Origin: Ostrea edulis
Taxonomy: Eukaryota
DNA: 64,000 nucleotides
NCBI RefSeq assembly: GCF_947568905.1
Contig: NC_079164.1
Location: 104,904,001 to 104,968,000, forward strand
Direction: 5' to 3'
The position numbers were made by a program, and so were the translations under genes. Within the stretch, counting starts at the first letter, position 1. The number at the start of each line of letters is the position of its first letter. Below, in pieces: positions 1 through 14,240 of this stretch. The notes under the pieces are model-generated. The model saw only the letters and a list, made by a program, of their open reading frames with translations, had not been told where the DNA came from and searched no databases.

Positions 1-254
1 CCCTTTATCTATAAAGCAAGGGAACATACTCTCTAAGAAAAGGGAGGGAGATATAATATAGGCTATGTCTTGTAGCGAAAAAAATGATGCAAAAAGACAC
101 CGCAAAATCTAAACCTCTATTAATACAAGAAGTCAGACGACAGATCAAAATGTGTATATTTTATTCCATTGATGTTAGTTATATTTCCTATTACATGCTG
201 CTATGTTGATCTCTGTTATACTTTAATAATTGTAACTAAGTGTATTGGTGACTT

Positions 255-836
255 GTATCTCAGGAGAAGGCTGGTATAGGCTCTGTCTAATCCTATCCTT
301 GTATCTCAGGAGAAGGCTGGTATTGGTTCTGTCTAAACCTAGCCTTGTATCTCAGGAGAAGGCTGGTATTGGTTCTGTCTAATCCTATCCTTGTATCTCA
401 GGAGAAGGCTGGTATTGGTTCTGTCTAAACCTAGCCTTGTATCTCAGGAGAAGGCTGGTATTGGTTCTGTCTAAACCTAGCCTTGTATCTCAGGAGAAGG
501 CTGGTATTGGTTCTGTCTAAACCTAGCCTTGTATCTCAGGAGAAGGCTGGTATAAACACTGTCTGCCTCTAATTTTAGCCTTGTATCTCAGTAGAAGGCT
601 GGTATAGGCTCTGCCTGCCGTCTAATCTTAGCCTTGTATCTCAGGAGAAGGCTGGTATAGGCTCTGTCTAATCCTAGCCTTGTATCTCAGGAGAAGGGTG
701 ATATAGACTCTGTCTGCCGTCTAATCCTAGCCTTGTATCTCAGGAGAAGGCTGGTATAGGCTCTGTCTGCAGTCTAACCCTAGCCTTGTATCTCAGGAGA
801 AGGCTGGTATAGGCTCTGTCTGCAGTCTAATCCTAG
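255..836. repeat. Minisatellite, 46-52 bp unit (CCTTGTATCTCAGGAGAAGGCTGGTATTGGTTCTGTCTAAACCTAG), about 12 copies
   Basis: Direct reading: CCTTGTATCTC recurs at 297 and 343 (46-bp period). Later units carry short insertions (GCCGT, GCAGT). Confidence 0.95.
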
Positions 837-1069
837 TATGCTGTACATAAATCAATATTAAGCGAATAGACAGTAGCACTTTGAGGTAATTCTAGCCATT
901 TCAAGTTGTTGGGATTTTTTGGTATCAAGAAAAATTAGAATCTTAGGTCCCCAATCTTCCCAAACTAGAGCAATGAATTTATGGACAAAAGCATAACGTA
1001 AAACATTCATAGATGTGTATCTGAAAAATAAGGGGTGTTGGCATTCCCAGAGTTGACACAAAAGTAGAG

Positions 1070-3176
1070 CAGTGTTAGTACTATTATACTAGTGTTGGTA
1101 CTGTTATACTAGTGTCAGTACTGTTATACTAGTGTCGGTACTGTTATACTAGTGTCCGTACTGTCATACTAGTGTCAATACCGTTATACTAGTGTCGGTA
1201 CTGTTATATTAGTGTCCGTACTGTTATACTAGTGTCAGTACTGTTATACTAGTATCAGTGCCGTTAAACTAGTGTCAGTACTGTTATAATAGTGTCAGTA
1301 CCGTTATACTAGTGTCGGCACTATTATACTAGTCTCAATACCATTATACTAGTGTCAGTATTGTTATTATAGTGTCAGTACCATTATACTAGTGTCGGTA
1401 ATGTTATATAGTGTCATCACTGTTATACTAGTGTAAGTACTGTTATATTAGTGTCAGTACTGTTATACTAGTGTCAGTACCGTTATACTAATGTCGGTAA
1501 TGTTATATAGTGTCATCACTGTTATACTAGTGTTAGTACCGTTATACTAGTGTCGGTACTGTTATACTAGTGTCAGTACCGTTATACTAGTGTCAATACC
1601 GTTCTACTAGTATCAGTACTGTTATACTAGTGAAAGTATTATTATACTAGTGTCAGTACTGTTATATTAGTTTCAGTACTGTTATACTAGTGTCAGTACT
1701 ATTATACTATTGTCAATACTGTTATACTAGTTTCAGTACTGTTATACTAGTGTCGGTACTTTTATACTAGTTTCAGTACTGTCAGTACTATTATACTAGT
1801 GTCAGTATTATTGTCCTAGTACACTGTATCAGTACTATTATACTAGTGTCAGTACTGTTATACTAGTGTAGGTACTGTTATACTAGTTTCAGTACTATTA
1901 TACTAGTGTCGGTAATGTTATACTAGTGTCAGTACTATTATACTAGTGTCAGTACTATTATACTAGTGTCGGTACTGTTATACTAGTGTCAGTACTATTA
2001 TACTAGTGTCAGTACTATTATACTAGTGTCAGTACTGTTATACTAGTGTTGGTACTGTTATAGTAGTGTCGGTACTGTTATACTAGTGTCAGTATTGTTA
2101 TAATAGTGTCAGTACCATTATACTAGTGTCGGTACTATTATACTAGTGTCAGTACTGTTATACTAGTGTCAGTACTATTATACTAGTGTCATTACTATTA
2201 TACTAGTGTCAGTACTGTTCAACTAGTGTCAGTACTGTTATACTAGTGAAAGTACAATTATACTAGTGTCATTACTGTTATACTAGTGTCATTACTGTTA
2301 TACTAGAGTCAGTACTGTTATACTAGTGTCGGTACTATTATATTAGTTTCAGTACTGTTATACTAGTGCCAGAACTGTTATACTAGTGTCAGTACCGTTA
2401 TACTAATGGAAGTACTGTTATACTAGTGTCGGTACTGTTATACTAGTGTCAGTACTGTTATACTAATGTCAGTACCGTTATACTAGTGTTAGTACTGTTA
2501 TACTAGTGTCAGTACTGTTATACTAGTGTAGGTACTGTTATACTAGTGTCAATACCGTTAAACTAGTGTCAGTACTGTTATACTAGTGTTAGTACCGTTA
2601 TACTAGTGTCGGTACTGTTATACTAGTGTCAGTACTGTTATACTAGTGTCAGTACCGATATACTAGTGTCGGTACTGTTATACTAGTGTCAGTACTGTTA
2701 TACTAGTGTTAGTACCGTTATACTAATGTCAGTACCGTTATACTAGTGTTAGTACTGTTATACTAGTGTCAATACCGTTATACTAGTGTCAGTACTGTTA
2801 TACTAGTGTAGGTACTATTATATTAGTGTCAGTACTGTTATACTAGTGTAGGTACTATTATAATAGTTTCAGTACTGTTATACTAGTGTCAGTACTGTTA
2901 TACCAGTTTCAGTACTATTATACTAGTGTCAGTACTATTATACTCGTGTCAGTACTATTATACTAGTGTCAGTACTATTATAATAGTTTCAGTACTATTA
3001 TACTAGTGTCAGTACTATTATACTCGTGTCAGTACTGTCAGTACTATTATACTCGTGTCAGTACTATTATACTCGTGTCAGTACTATTATACTAGTGTCG
3101 GTAATGTTATACTAGTGTCAGTACTATTATACTAGTGTCAGTACTATTATACTAGTATCGGTACTGTTATATTAGT
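1070..3176. repeat. Minisatellite, 20-bp unit TACTAGTGTCAGTACTGTTA, about 105 copies
   Basis: Direct reading: strict 20-bp register for most of the array, with scattered substitutions and a few 1-bp or 8-bp slips. Confidence 0.97.
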
Positions 3177-3998
3177 TATTATCTTAGTGAGATGACTATT
3201 ATACTTGTCATTTGCATATTTTAAGGTACAAAACCATCAAATATTGTTTCATAGAATATGGTTTCATATACTCACCCAATACACACCTATGCGACACAGA
3301 CTATTCGTGTACTTTACAAAACGTTTTACAGTTTGGTCATGTCCGAAAATATAATGCATGCATTCTCATAATGGTTGAAGAAAAAATTTCAACGCACTAC
3401 AATTTTATACTTTTTTTCAAAGAACCCATTTTTACAAAACTACATCACAACATAATTGCTAAACCTAGGTATTAGTAATCCACCAAAATTGACATCATGA
3501 AAATTATTTTCTTTTTTTTTTTTAAAATACAGAAGAATCAAAGTTCTTGCAAATGTTAAGATATCGGTATCAAAAACAGAATAAGTGCTATTTCTAGGAA
3601 AACAACTGCATGTAAGCGATTCCATCTCTGTATCGATATATTGGTAAGATAGACCATGCTGATATGACGCATCGTATTGGATTTGAAATCCTTTTATCAT
3701 ATTTTTCCAATCATGCACAATAAAATTTATTCTAAAAAGTTTTATCTGGAAGATAAGACGGCTTGCTTTCTGTCTGGTCCATTGTCTGCAGATAAATATC
3801 TTCATCGTCCTCACTACTGGAGAACCTGTAGTCAGACCCTCCCACAAACGTATATTTTTAGCCTTTTCATCTTTTGCATGTCTATGTGGCCATGGTTGTT
3901 TCAGTTGAATTTTTAAATTTAATGACTATGTTTACGCAATATGTGAACATAATTCGTAGTCCTCTATTTAACCACACTTTTTAAGTCGAAATGCAACT

Positions 3999-4156
3999 CA
4001 CACGCCCAGTTCATCACACGCCCAGTTCATCACAGGCCCAGTACATCACACACGCCCAGTTCATCACGGGCCCAGTTCATCACACACACACTCAGTTCAT
4101 CACACACGCCCAGTTCATCACACACGCCCAGTTCATCACACGCCCAGTTCATCACG
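3999..4156. repeat. Short tandem repeat, 18-20 bp unit CACACGCCCAGTTCATCA, about 8 copies
   Basis: Direct reading. It explains the repetitive ORF 3991..4191 (TQFITHAQFITH). Confidence 0.9.
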
Positions 4157-6480
4157 ATTTATGTTGTTTTGTTTTATGTTCTGGTTTATAAAAAGTAAAA
4201 CTACAATGAAATAATCGAATCAATGAACACTAATTATTTCTTTAGAATCTGTATTTCAATACAGTCAGATATTACATTATTACGATACATGCAAGGTCTA
4301 TTATCATTGTTGTTACAATGCACCTAAAGCTTTCCGTCCCATGTGGTTGTTATAAATCTGGATCACAATCTATTTTTACAAAGAAATTGAATACAGTAAG
4401 ACATTATAATGCCCCGATTTGTTTTGGATTTGCCTTTAGCCGTGACCTTCTTTGATCTCTGAAATTCGTAGACAAAGTAGACTACTTAAGTTTCTATTAA
4501 CAAACCTGTTGCCAGTACAGCGTGAGATGTGCTAACTCCAGCGCTCGAGTAATAAGGTAATCAAGCCCAACTACAATACTGAAGTGCAATGGTTGAGACT
4601 TTAGAACAGGTTGCTTGTATTCTAATTGCCTTTATGTTTCTTGCTAATGAGCTCCTGTAGTCCTCCTTGCGTTTTATCATTGCCTCCAGTCAACGGCAAG
4701 GTTGAAGGACTTGTAAGCCACCGTGAAGAGTGATTTCCTTATGTTGTGTTTTGAATTACCAGTGTTAAAATTTCAATCCATTAACGAGATAACGCGTATG
4801 CTGATAACTGGTTATTTTTGGATTCCTAGAGGTAAACAGGAGAAGCAGCACAGTCTAATTTCAGGTGCTTGTCATCTGTGTGGAAGCAAAATAAGACAAT
4901 ATATCACACTGGTGATAGAGAACAAACACGAGACCCACGGCAGAGGAAACAACCGTGTCTTTGATAAATTAAGTGGTTTCCAATTTTATTTTCATTTGCA
5001 ACTAAAACCTTTCAGAATACAAAGCGACAAAAACAGTTGGATGAGTTCCATTATCCGCCAGTGTTTTAGATATTGAAACCTTTAACACATTTAAAGACAA
5101 GAAAAATCCTGCATGAAGATTCCAAGTGCAGACTGCGAAAGACACTGTAAAATTCCATTTTAATGCTAAAATTCATTGTACATGTATATTAATATACATC
5201 AGCAATTTAATTTCTCTTTCAGTGAATTGATATACTGGGAATAAATCTACACTTATCAATTACCTCCTCACAAAGGGGATATGGCAAAGCACGGGGTGGA
5301 GGGGAGACGTGCTTGCGTGCGCACGGCATGAAAGGCATGAGGTTCAATGTCGCGTTTATGAATGTGTTGATTTGCGGGCGGGGGGGGGGGGGGTATTCCG
5401 CTTTTTTACGCCTCTTGTCTTCTCTAGTTTTTCTCTTTTAACATCACGTTTTCTTGTTATGTTGAAATTGAAAGGGGGTCGTCACGTAGATTACGGACTT
5501 AAGCTAAGACCAGAAGAAAAGGAAACATTTGTATGTCTACATGTACCGCATGGTTTAGAACTATGTAGATTGAATCTAGGGTGACTCAGGTACAAAACAT
5601 TATTACTAACCAGCTAAGAAGTCCTGTGATGTCGCTAGCGACGAATGTGTTAAAAGAGCAACAAAAATCAATTTCGCTAAATTTTTTAAATCTTAAACAC
5701 GTCATCGTTTAAATGTTTATAGGAAAATATAGGAAAACAAATGTTTGTCATAGAATGATGAAATATACAATGGCACACTCATATCTTTATTGTGTTGATT
5801 AAAGACTGATTAATAATTAATATTTTACACTTGATGAACGTTAAGGGAGTCAGAATTTCAACGAGAATGTTGTTTAACCTTTATCGAAGTGCTGATTCAT
5901 TCACTAAATAGACGTAATTAATACAACGCGGTTATCTCGTCTATCTACGGCTAAATTGTCATCAAACATCAAAGTTCTTTTATAGGATGAACAAAGGGTT
6001 CATTTGATAATGAAAATATGCATTTATTAAGCGACACTGGCAATCAAGTAGTAGGATATTGTATCTGGGTGCAAAAAGATAGACACTTGTGTAGAAACCC
6101 TTGACAGTTTTATTCATCAAAGTAAAGCAGATGAAGGTAAAGATGCTAACTCCATGTTCAATTACGTCATACCAGACATTGCATACATATTTCACAGCAA
6201 ATATTCCATGTCTTTAATTATTGCTATCAACCTTGGTTTATAGATCAAATATGATTCGATAGAGAGAGACATAAAGTTTATGCTGTGCTTTGTCCATTGT
6301 CACTAGGACAGTGAGGTATTATATGCTGTGTATTTAATCATTTATATTCCAACGTTAGAAACATTGCAAAGGAGACTTTGCTGTTGCTTGAAGCAGGTAA
6401 AAACCCAATACCATTTGAATTGAAACTTGCCATCTATTATGTAAATGACGCAATAAAAATATACAGTTGTAGTATATACA

Positions 6481-6484
<4 letters not shown>

Positions 6485-6524
<40 letters not shown>
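6485..6524. repeat. (GA)n microsatellite
   Basis: Direct reading. Confidence 0.95.
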
Positions 6525-6529
<5 letters not shown>

Positions 6530-9500
6530 CAATTTGGCACCATATTATGTGCAAGATACAAAATATTTGTAATACGGTAGGAATCAAAAGATGTAAAATG
6601 CCACAAAAATAGCTGCCTGTCTTAAAAAAAGGGGTTGGGATGGGGTGTATTGTATCATTTTGAATTAAGATGACATCTTAGGATATCGATTACCTACATT
6701 GTACCTTGTAAGAACACGGGCGCGGATCTAACTAAAACAAAATGCGGCCCCATATCAATTGATTGGAGCATGACTTTAACAAAGTGAGTCTGTTTTAAAG
6801 ATATCCGTTGATAAAGCTGCACGTCCAACCTTGCATGCGGGGTCTGTTTCCTGGTTTTCATTTAAAAAATAACTAAATCTCATTGCGAGACTTGCAAAAT
6901 ATCTGTATGAAATAGGGTTCATTGCATATATTAAATTCAGATGCAAAATACTTGAAATTCATAATAAGAAATTTAGAGAAAATTAAACACATTTCGTCTG
7001 TTTCAGGATGTTTGATAAAAATGTATGCCTGGAACTACTAATATTTTTTGTCATCATCAAGCCATATCGCTACATTCAACTACAAGAGCTTGTTTTCTTG
7101 CGATAGCCGCGATTTTATATGATGTTGTGTTCTGATGATACAAAATTAAATCCGATAGAATTACATCTATACACCTTGGAATTATCTCATTACAAACATG
7201 CTGCAACATTTAAGGAAGTTCTCAATATTTAGATATTACCAATAACAACATGGGTACATTGTTGATCAACCATTTGTCTTCATAGAACCGGTGTCTTTGA
7301 AGAGTTTTCAAAGGTGAACGGCCAAACCTCTTGGTACCATGCTCATAAATTATTCAATGTCCGCGACTTTAACTATTCCGGTTTTGTGATTTTTTCCCTC
7401 TTATCATATTTGCTAACGACAAAAAATTACAACAGTTAGGTTTTCTCAGCGTGTGCTAATATATTTATGTTTCTTCTCTTGTAAAGATTTGTTGTTTTAT
7501 TGCAAAAACAGCCTAGCATGTTATACAAAATTGCTGCCCCGGCTTAACCTTTGTGTTATCGCAAACTGTTCCTAGGGATGTGAACCTTTGAACCTTTGGT
7601 TTCTTCATAATTTTATTTTTGCTCGTTCGATATCAAGCAATCTGTCGCTCATTTTGAGACCATAGTTGCCGTGTCCGTCACTATCCAAGTCAATCGAAAG
7701 ATATTTTTGGAGAGTTTTAAGTTTAATGAATGATGAAAATATCGTTTTCTTTTTAATGTCAATAGCGACTACTTTGTAATTAGAAAGGCCGTGACTGATG
7801 CAAAATATTTTCAACGTATAGATAGTTTTACTTCTAGCATAAGGCAGTCTCCAATTTCACGTCGAGATCGAACTTAACCATTTAATGATTAAAATATTTT
7901 TCATTCAATATATCAAATTACTCGCAATTCTTCGTTTACATGGACATATAATAGTCACATACAATTGTAGCAATTTAAAGAGTGGGTAATATATTTCCAA
8001 TTCGATAGAAAGTTGATCATGAACTGCTTATATCAAATCTCAAATAATGGATATTAATTCATTAGCTTATTGAATGAATGAAAGGGATGAAGGCCATTGC
8101 TTTGTGAACTAGTGGGCTGCACTTCACGGCTGTCGGTTTCGTTGTTGGTATACATATCTCAATAGTTACATTTTAATCATCTTCTTCAGAATTAATGCAT
8201 ATTTATTAATCTGAATATGTAATTCATCTTTACAGAAATTGGTGCTTATATGCCTATTCCTCAAGTGATTCGACACAAATTCTACCTATTCTCTAGAACG
8301 ACCCCATACTTGATACAAAGTTCCCAATAAGGATTATTTTGGAGCGATCCGAATTCCAGCACTCGGCTAACCTCGGCCGATTACGGTACCCTTCATCGAA
8401 CGTTCTAGATGTATCGGCCGATGTGTGCCGAGTGGAATTCCAATACAACCGCCATACCTTTTGATTGGCCGAGACTTCATCTTCATACAATAACATACCA
8501 AACGTATAATATAGCGGAGTTTTCGTATATTCTGTTTAATGTGACATTGTTAAATCCATTAAAACTATGTTTTTCATGTAAAAAAAAAAAATCCACCTGA
8601 AAACCAAAATTATCAGAATGACCCACAGAAGCATCTAGGGAACCATTCAGATTTTACAAGAGATGAATCAATTCCTGCAATGATTGTAGGTATTCATGAG
8701 ACCAGATTCTTCCTTCGGTATTCTACATACGAGATCCATCTGCCAGCTATAGGTCAGCTTCATTTAGAATATGGACATCACCTTTCGTGATGCTCCAGTA
8801 AACGGATATTCCGTCAGATTTTAACGCCAATTAACTACCAGGACCACGCGGATTCCTGCTGGTCTTACGTGCGACAGCCAGTGATATCTTATCCTTTTAT
8901 GTTTACTAAAGGTCTCATGAAAAGCATAGGGAATCTCATTTCCGAGAGCAAGCGTCATTTATATTCGCAGTAACATTTTATTTCGGGTTGATATACTAGC
9001 AGCTATAGATCGTATGGCCCTTTTCCTGTGTTTCATGTATCGCAGTGCTTAAGGTATCACACCGGTAATTGTCCAATCAAAATGAACTTAGAAGTTCCAG
9101 AGAAATATTTTTTTCCTTGCGCGATTTTTCTCATTTCCTCTTCTTCTTTTCTCTTAATTTTTGTACCCCTGATTAGGAAATTTTGTGTATTTTGTAGAAA
9201 TAACCAAGTGTATACAAAGGAACTATTTGCTATAGGTAGCTGAGGCTACTTCCTGAGGTGCACTCCGGCTGCTTACACACATGTGAAAAACACGTGGATT
9301 TGAGGGTAGTCTTGTTTGCGGGTAATTTATTTTCGAAAATGACGCGTAGGGTGTTGTTTTTCTGTTGTCGGCAGACGAGATAGGTAACATAGAACGTGTC
9401 TGACTGCGTTATTCGGCATCAATTCTGTGATTAACTGATTTTTAATGATTGTTTTCCTCTATAGTAATATATAGTGAAAATAATTACCGGTGTGATACCT

Positions 9501-10458
9501 TAACCTATTGTCTTCATGGGAATTCACCGTAGTTATAATGCTATCTGAAGTTGAAATTTGACCACGCTGAACGTCATACAGATATAGATTTTGTTGAATT
9601 GCGTTATGTGAAATTTCTCACATTATCACCAGTGCGAGACCGACAATACCCGGGTAAGACATTCTGTCGTGCACTGCTATGACGTCATTGATTATGACGT
9701 CATGAATTTTCTATGATTTACGTTACATGTAGAAGTAAAATATTTTGTATTGGATTCTTCAATTTTCGATTTGATACAGCTTTCTGGGGGATACATGTAG
9801 CCTTGGATTTTTTTTACTTTACAAAAAAGTGTAAACCATTTTCGCGTGTACTTTTTCTACCTGTCTAATTAGGTTAAGTTTGAATGAGGATTTTGATGAT
9901 TTAAATCTTCTGAAAGCTCCTGAATACGCCGGTTTCGAGTGATTTCCCTTTGAAGAACTCTCGTACATAGAAAGGCGCGAAACAACTTGTTTACATGCGG
10001 GAGTGGGATGAATATTCATCACTGCTTAAGTGAATGTACTCAGTAAGTCTCTCATACGCTGTTTCATCGTCCGAATTCAACTGATACATAAACTAAGTAA
10101 GTGATAAGTATTCAGGGAGTAATTAAATACATGGAATTCTTATTATATTACGTAATTTTGTTGGTCGTAGGTATCATATCCAGGATATTACTTTCAAATA
10201 TGACATTGTTTTTATGTTTCTGCTTTTGTAAAACATTTCTTTCAATAGTATTTTGTATTTCCAACATTTAAATATTTAAAGAGAAGCCGCTTTTAATACA
10301 TTTTATCGTCTTCCTCACTGACGGTAGGTTCACTCTGTCCCACTTAGTCCCTCAACGTTCTACTAAATGTACCTCCTACACAGGACAGTTCTTATCTCGA
10401 AACTGACGTATTAATATACTATACTGTATATAAAATGTGAAAAAATAATGCTTCATTA

Positions 10459-10800
10459 ATTGACTGATTGTTATACGTCCCGTTGAGAATTTTTCACTCA
10501 TATTGAAACGTTACCAGCTGTAGGTGAAGTATCACAAATTTAGACCTACACTGTATGCTTAGCGCTCATGGTCGTAGAAGTGAGGATTCTTTATCGTGCC
10601 AACGCCAGTCGTGACACGGGGCCTCCGATTTTAAGGTCATATAAAAAAAAACGTGATTCTGACTTCTATATATGCCGAGCGTTTGGCGAAGGAGCTATCA
10701 CTACCTATTTTAACGTCTTAGGTTTGACGCGGCCATGTCACAAGCGGGGCTCGAACTCATGACTTCCCGGTTACGAAGCGAACGCTCTACCACTGAACTA
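10459..10800 (-). mobile_element. tRNA-derived SINE (family A)
   Basis: Reverse complement shows a tRNA-like head (TAGTTCAGTGGTAGAGCGTTCGCTTCGTAACCGGGAAGTCATGAGTTCGAGCCCCG, with A/B boxes), the same body as the copies at 20745 and 35644, and a short simple-repeat tail. Confidence 0.85.
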
Positions 10801-10834
10801 ATAGGGAAATTCTACCACGGGGCAAGCCTCGTCC

Positions 10835-11609
10835 TAATCTCAGCGAGATTCGTCGAGGCTGAATATTTGGACTGACGCCTCTTCCAAATCTCAGACCAGT
10901 GTCACATAAAGTGATTCGGGAAATCTTGCCTGAACTTCGGCCGCTTGTTACGATTAAAATGGGTTAAATTGAATTTCTTGTCCGCTTCAACTTCTCGCCT
11001 TAGACATCCTATTAACTCCCTATCACAATGAAACTTGCATTTCTTACCTTTACAATGTGTAAATCCCACAGTAATTCAAGTTGGCTATTTTCGAAGCCAT
11101 TGCAAACGGCCACCATTTCATATTTTACCTTCTCAACACTGGAGAGTTCCGATATACTACTTCATGACAATTTGTACTATGATTGAAAATACAGAACTTA
11201 CTGGTTGACAATTACTTTGTACAAAGCATTTAAGCATAAAAATTAAAAGCAATAAAAAGAAAACTGTGTAATATTTAATCGATCTATTTGAAGGCGTACT
11301 AAACTATCGGAACTCTTCAGTGTTGAGAAGGTAAAATATGAAATGGTAGCCGTTTGCAATGGCTTCGAAAATAGCCAACTTGAATTACTTGTAAAGGTAA
11401 GAAATTCATGTTTCATTGTGATAGGGAGTTAATAGGATGTCTAGGGCGAAAAGTTGAAGCGGACAAGAAATTCAATTTAACCCATTTTAATCGCAACAAG
11501 CGGCCGAAGTTCAGGCAAGATTTCCCGAATCACTTTATGTGACACTGGTCTGAGATTCGGAAGAGGCGTCAGTCCAAATATCCAGCCTCGACGAATCTCG
11601 CTGAGATTA
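10835..11609. mobile_element. Non-autonomous foldback DNA transposon, about 305-320 bp TIRs, 9-bp TSD (Mutator-like)
   Basis: 10835-11154 is the near-perfect reverse complement of 11305-11609, around a 150-bp AT-rich spacer. Direct repeat GCCTCGTCC at 10826-10834 and 11610-11618. The superfamily is inferred from the long TIR and 9-bp TSD. Confidence 0.8.
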
Positions 11610-12877
11610 GCCTCGTCCTAGACTGCGAATCGTGTCTCCTCAATGGAATTTCCCAATCCCAAACTCTTACTAAAGCAGGATTCTATTAATCATTTAACGT
11701 TCTCAGAAAAAATAAATTGTTGCACATGTCATTAATGCTACAGATGACCATTTTATATCATTTCAAGAATTATTCAGTAAGATTTTCACTAAAGTACCGT
11801 ATGCAGCCTTTCACGTAGCAATAATTTCTCAAATTTTATTTAAGAAATGTTACATTTTTGAAAATGAGGGTATGAACTGCAACGCTTCACGCCAGCTGAC
11901 TTCATGATACCCGGAAAATATGCCGATGTGAAACGATGGAGTCCCTCATGCATTTTCAAAATTGAAATTTATTTTTTATATCTACATCCTACTTTCATTT
12001 TTGTCGGAATTCCCAGCCGTTAGAACCACAGACACTTGGGGCTTCGATCATGATCATCCCCTACCCCCACTTTATTTTGTCTGATTTGGGATATACTTAT
12101 TTTTTCTACTTAAGTTTTGTGAATACACTGTATGCATTACAGATCATCCAAAACTGTTATTTTTCGTCTCTGTCTCGTAGTAGTAAAAATCACGTTTTAA
12201 TACGAGATCCATACACATTGTTCACAATGTTTACAGTCAGTGAAATACAATTAACACATTGCTGCAATGTAGTTAAGAGGGACACATTACAAGAATACAC
12301 TCTCAACCTCCATTGAAGGCCCCTAAACGATATATGTACATGTATATGTAGTTCATAAATCACACGGTGTGATCCATGAGGCTTTTCTTAAAATCCTAAT
12401 ATACTGCATTCTGCCATCTTTCAGCTTATGTTGCCAACACCATTGTTCCAAGGTTGGAGAAAACAAAGAGTGGGTACTGCCCCTACCGTATCCTACACTT
12501 TTTAATCTGACTTCGTGGAACACATGGCGCGTGAAAGCATTGATTCCCTAACAATATGCACACGTAATATTCCTCGCATTATCTTCCTTGATCTTTTTGG
12601 TGGGTGTCTTTAATAAACATCTGCGATATATACATCTGTTACATTTGGCAGTGATGGACTTTTTGTTGTAAGTAATCATCTGTATACTATACAGGTTTAT
12701 TATATATTTAGGTTTACGCTAAGATTATATAAACGCTTATAACAGAGCGCATTCAGTAAGATATGGCGTATCTTCTATCTGAGGCTGAATTAAAAAACAA
12801 AGTAAATTGCATTCAGCTGTTTCCTTATACAAAGACTGTAACGCCTTGCGTCCAAACCTTATTATATCACATCTTAT

Positions 12878-13335
12878 CAGCGAATTAAAGTGCAGATTTA
12901 TTCTCCATCAGGCACAAAAATTAAGCAAATATATAGTGAATTAAAGTGCAGATTTATATTCCACCAGATACAAAAATTAAACAAATATATAGTGAATTAA
13001 AGTGCAGATTTATATTCCACCAGATACAAAAATTAAACAAATATATAGTGAATTAAAGTGCAGATTTATATTCCACCAGATACAAAAATTAAACAAATAT
13101 ATAGTGAATTAAAGTGCAGATTTATATTCCACCAGATACAAAAATTAAACAAATATATAGTGAATTAAAGTGCAGATTTATATTCCACCAGATACAAAAA
13201 TTAAACAAATATATAGTGAATTAAAGTGCAGATTTATATTCCACCAGATACAAAAATTAAACAAATATATAGTGAATTAAAGTGCAGATTTATATTCCAC
13301 CAGATACAAAAATTAAACACACATATATAGTGAAC
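12878..13335. repeat. Minisatellite, 56-bp unit, about 8 near-identical copies
   Basis: GTGAATTAAAGTGCAG recurs at 12936, 12992, 13048 and onward (56-bp period). Confidence 0.95.
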
Positions 13336-13736
13336 ACATGTCCTTTTTATTTCTGAATGCATTCTCCTTTATTCTACTTGTGTATTTATTTTTTGACGAG
13401 CAGTTTATTTCACAAAATTAAAATGCAGAGCTTCTAGAATTTGTATTTATAGATGAATATAGTTTAGGCACATTGTGCGAGTGTCAATGTAATGTGAACC
13501 TACTAACGATTGTAATTAGGTTAATAGGATTGATTCGAGCAAAAAATAAGTTTCACTCAAAAACTTTTGACGAGAGCACCAACAAATTGTAATTTTTTTA
13601 ATTATGCGCATTCCAAGAGACTGAAAGTTCGAAGTTAATTTATATTTCTTTGAAAGTTTAACATGCTCTGCAATAAAAATTCGCCCATCTTCTTACAATT
13701 AGATAATTTGCCAATCTTTTATGATTAACATACTTA

Positions 13737-13831
13737 TGCAAGGTGAAGATAACGAACAGTGATCAATCTCATAACTCCTACAAGCAATACAAAATAGATA
13801 GTTGGGCAAACACGGACCCCTGGACACACCA
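13737..13831 (-). mobile_element. 3' terminal fragment of Penelope-like retroelement
   Basis: Matches the 3' end of the RT-bearing copies at 37807-38657 and 44190-45250. Confidence 0.85.
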
Positions 13832-14240
13832 TCAAATTTAAGTCATTGACCGTTTGCAACAACTTTTTCAAGATTCTATATAAACTATTTTAAACAAATG
13901 ACCACAAACAAAGACAGTGTCAAGTAGATTTTTTCATTTATTTATAAAAAATGAATAATGTGTATGAAAATATAGTACATTATGATATATCACAGAAGTC
14001 TTTAAGTTAATCGGCAAGGGTTCCTTGACATACCCATCAACATGTAGGCACAGTACTGGTCAATAGCACCATTGACTTTTGGCTCGATTTCTGATTTGAG
14101 AGGATTCAATTAACCTGTCCTCACGGCATCAAATCATACGCAACCGTAAAAGGAATTGGCCTCCATCTTGAAAAATTCTTGAGCTGTATCAAATTGATAG
14201 ACTTTGGCAGTCCACAAAAACTTATTTGTTTTAACGAAGC

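Noticed and set aside
3440-3916. ORFs 3440..3847 and 3677..3916, and an acidic frame SSSEDDEDIYLQTMD suggestive of a Crypton-like ORF
   Set aside because: No recognisable domain and multiple stops. The similarity is too weak to support a call.
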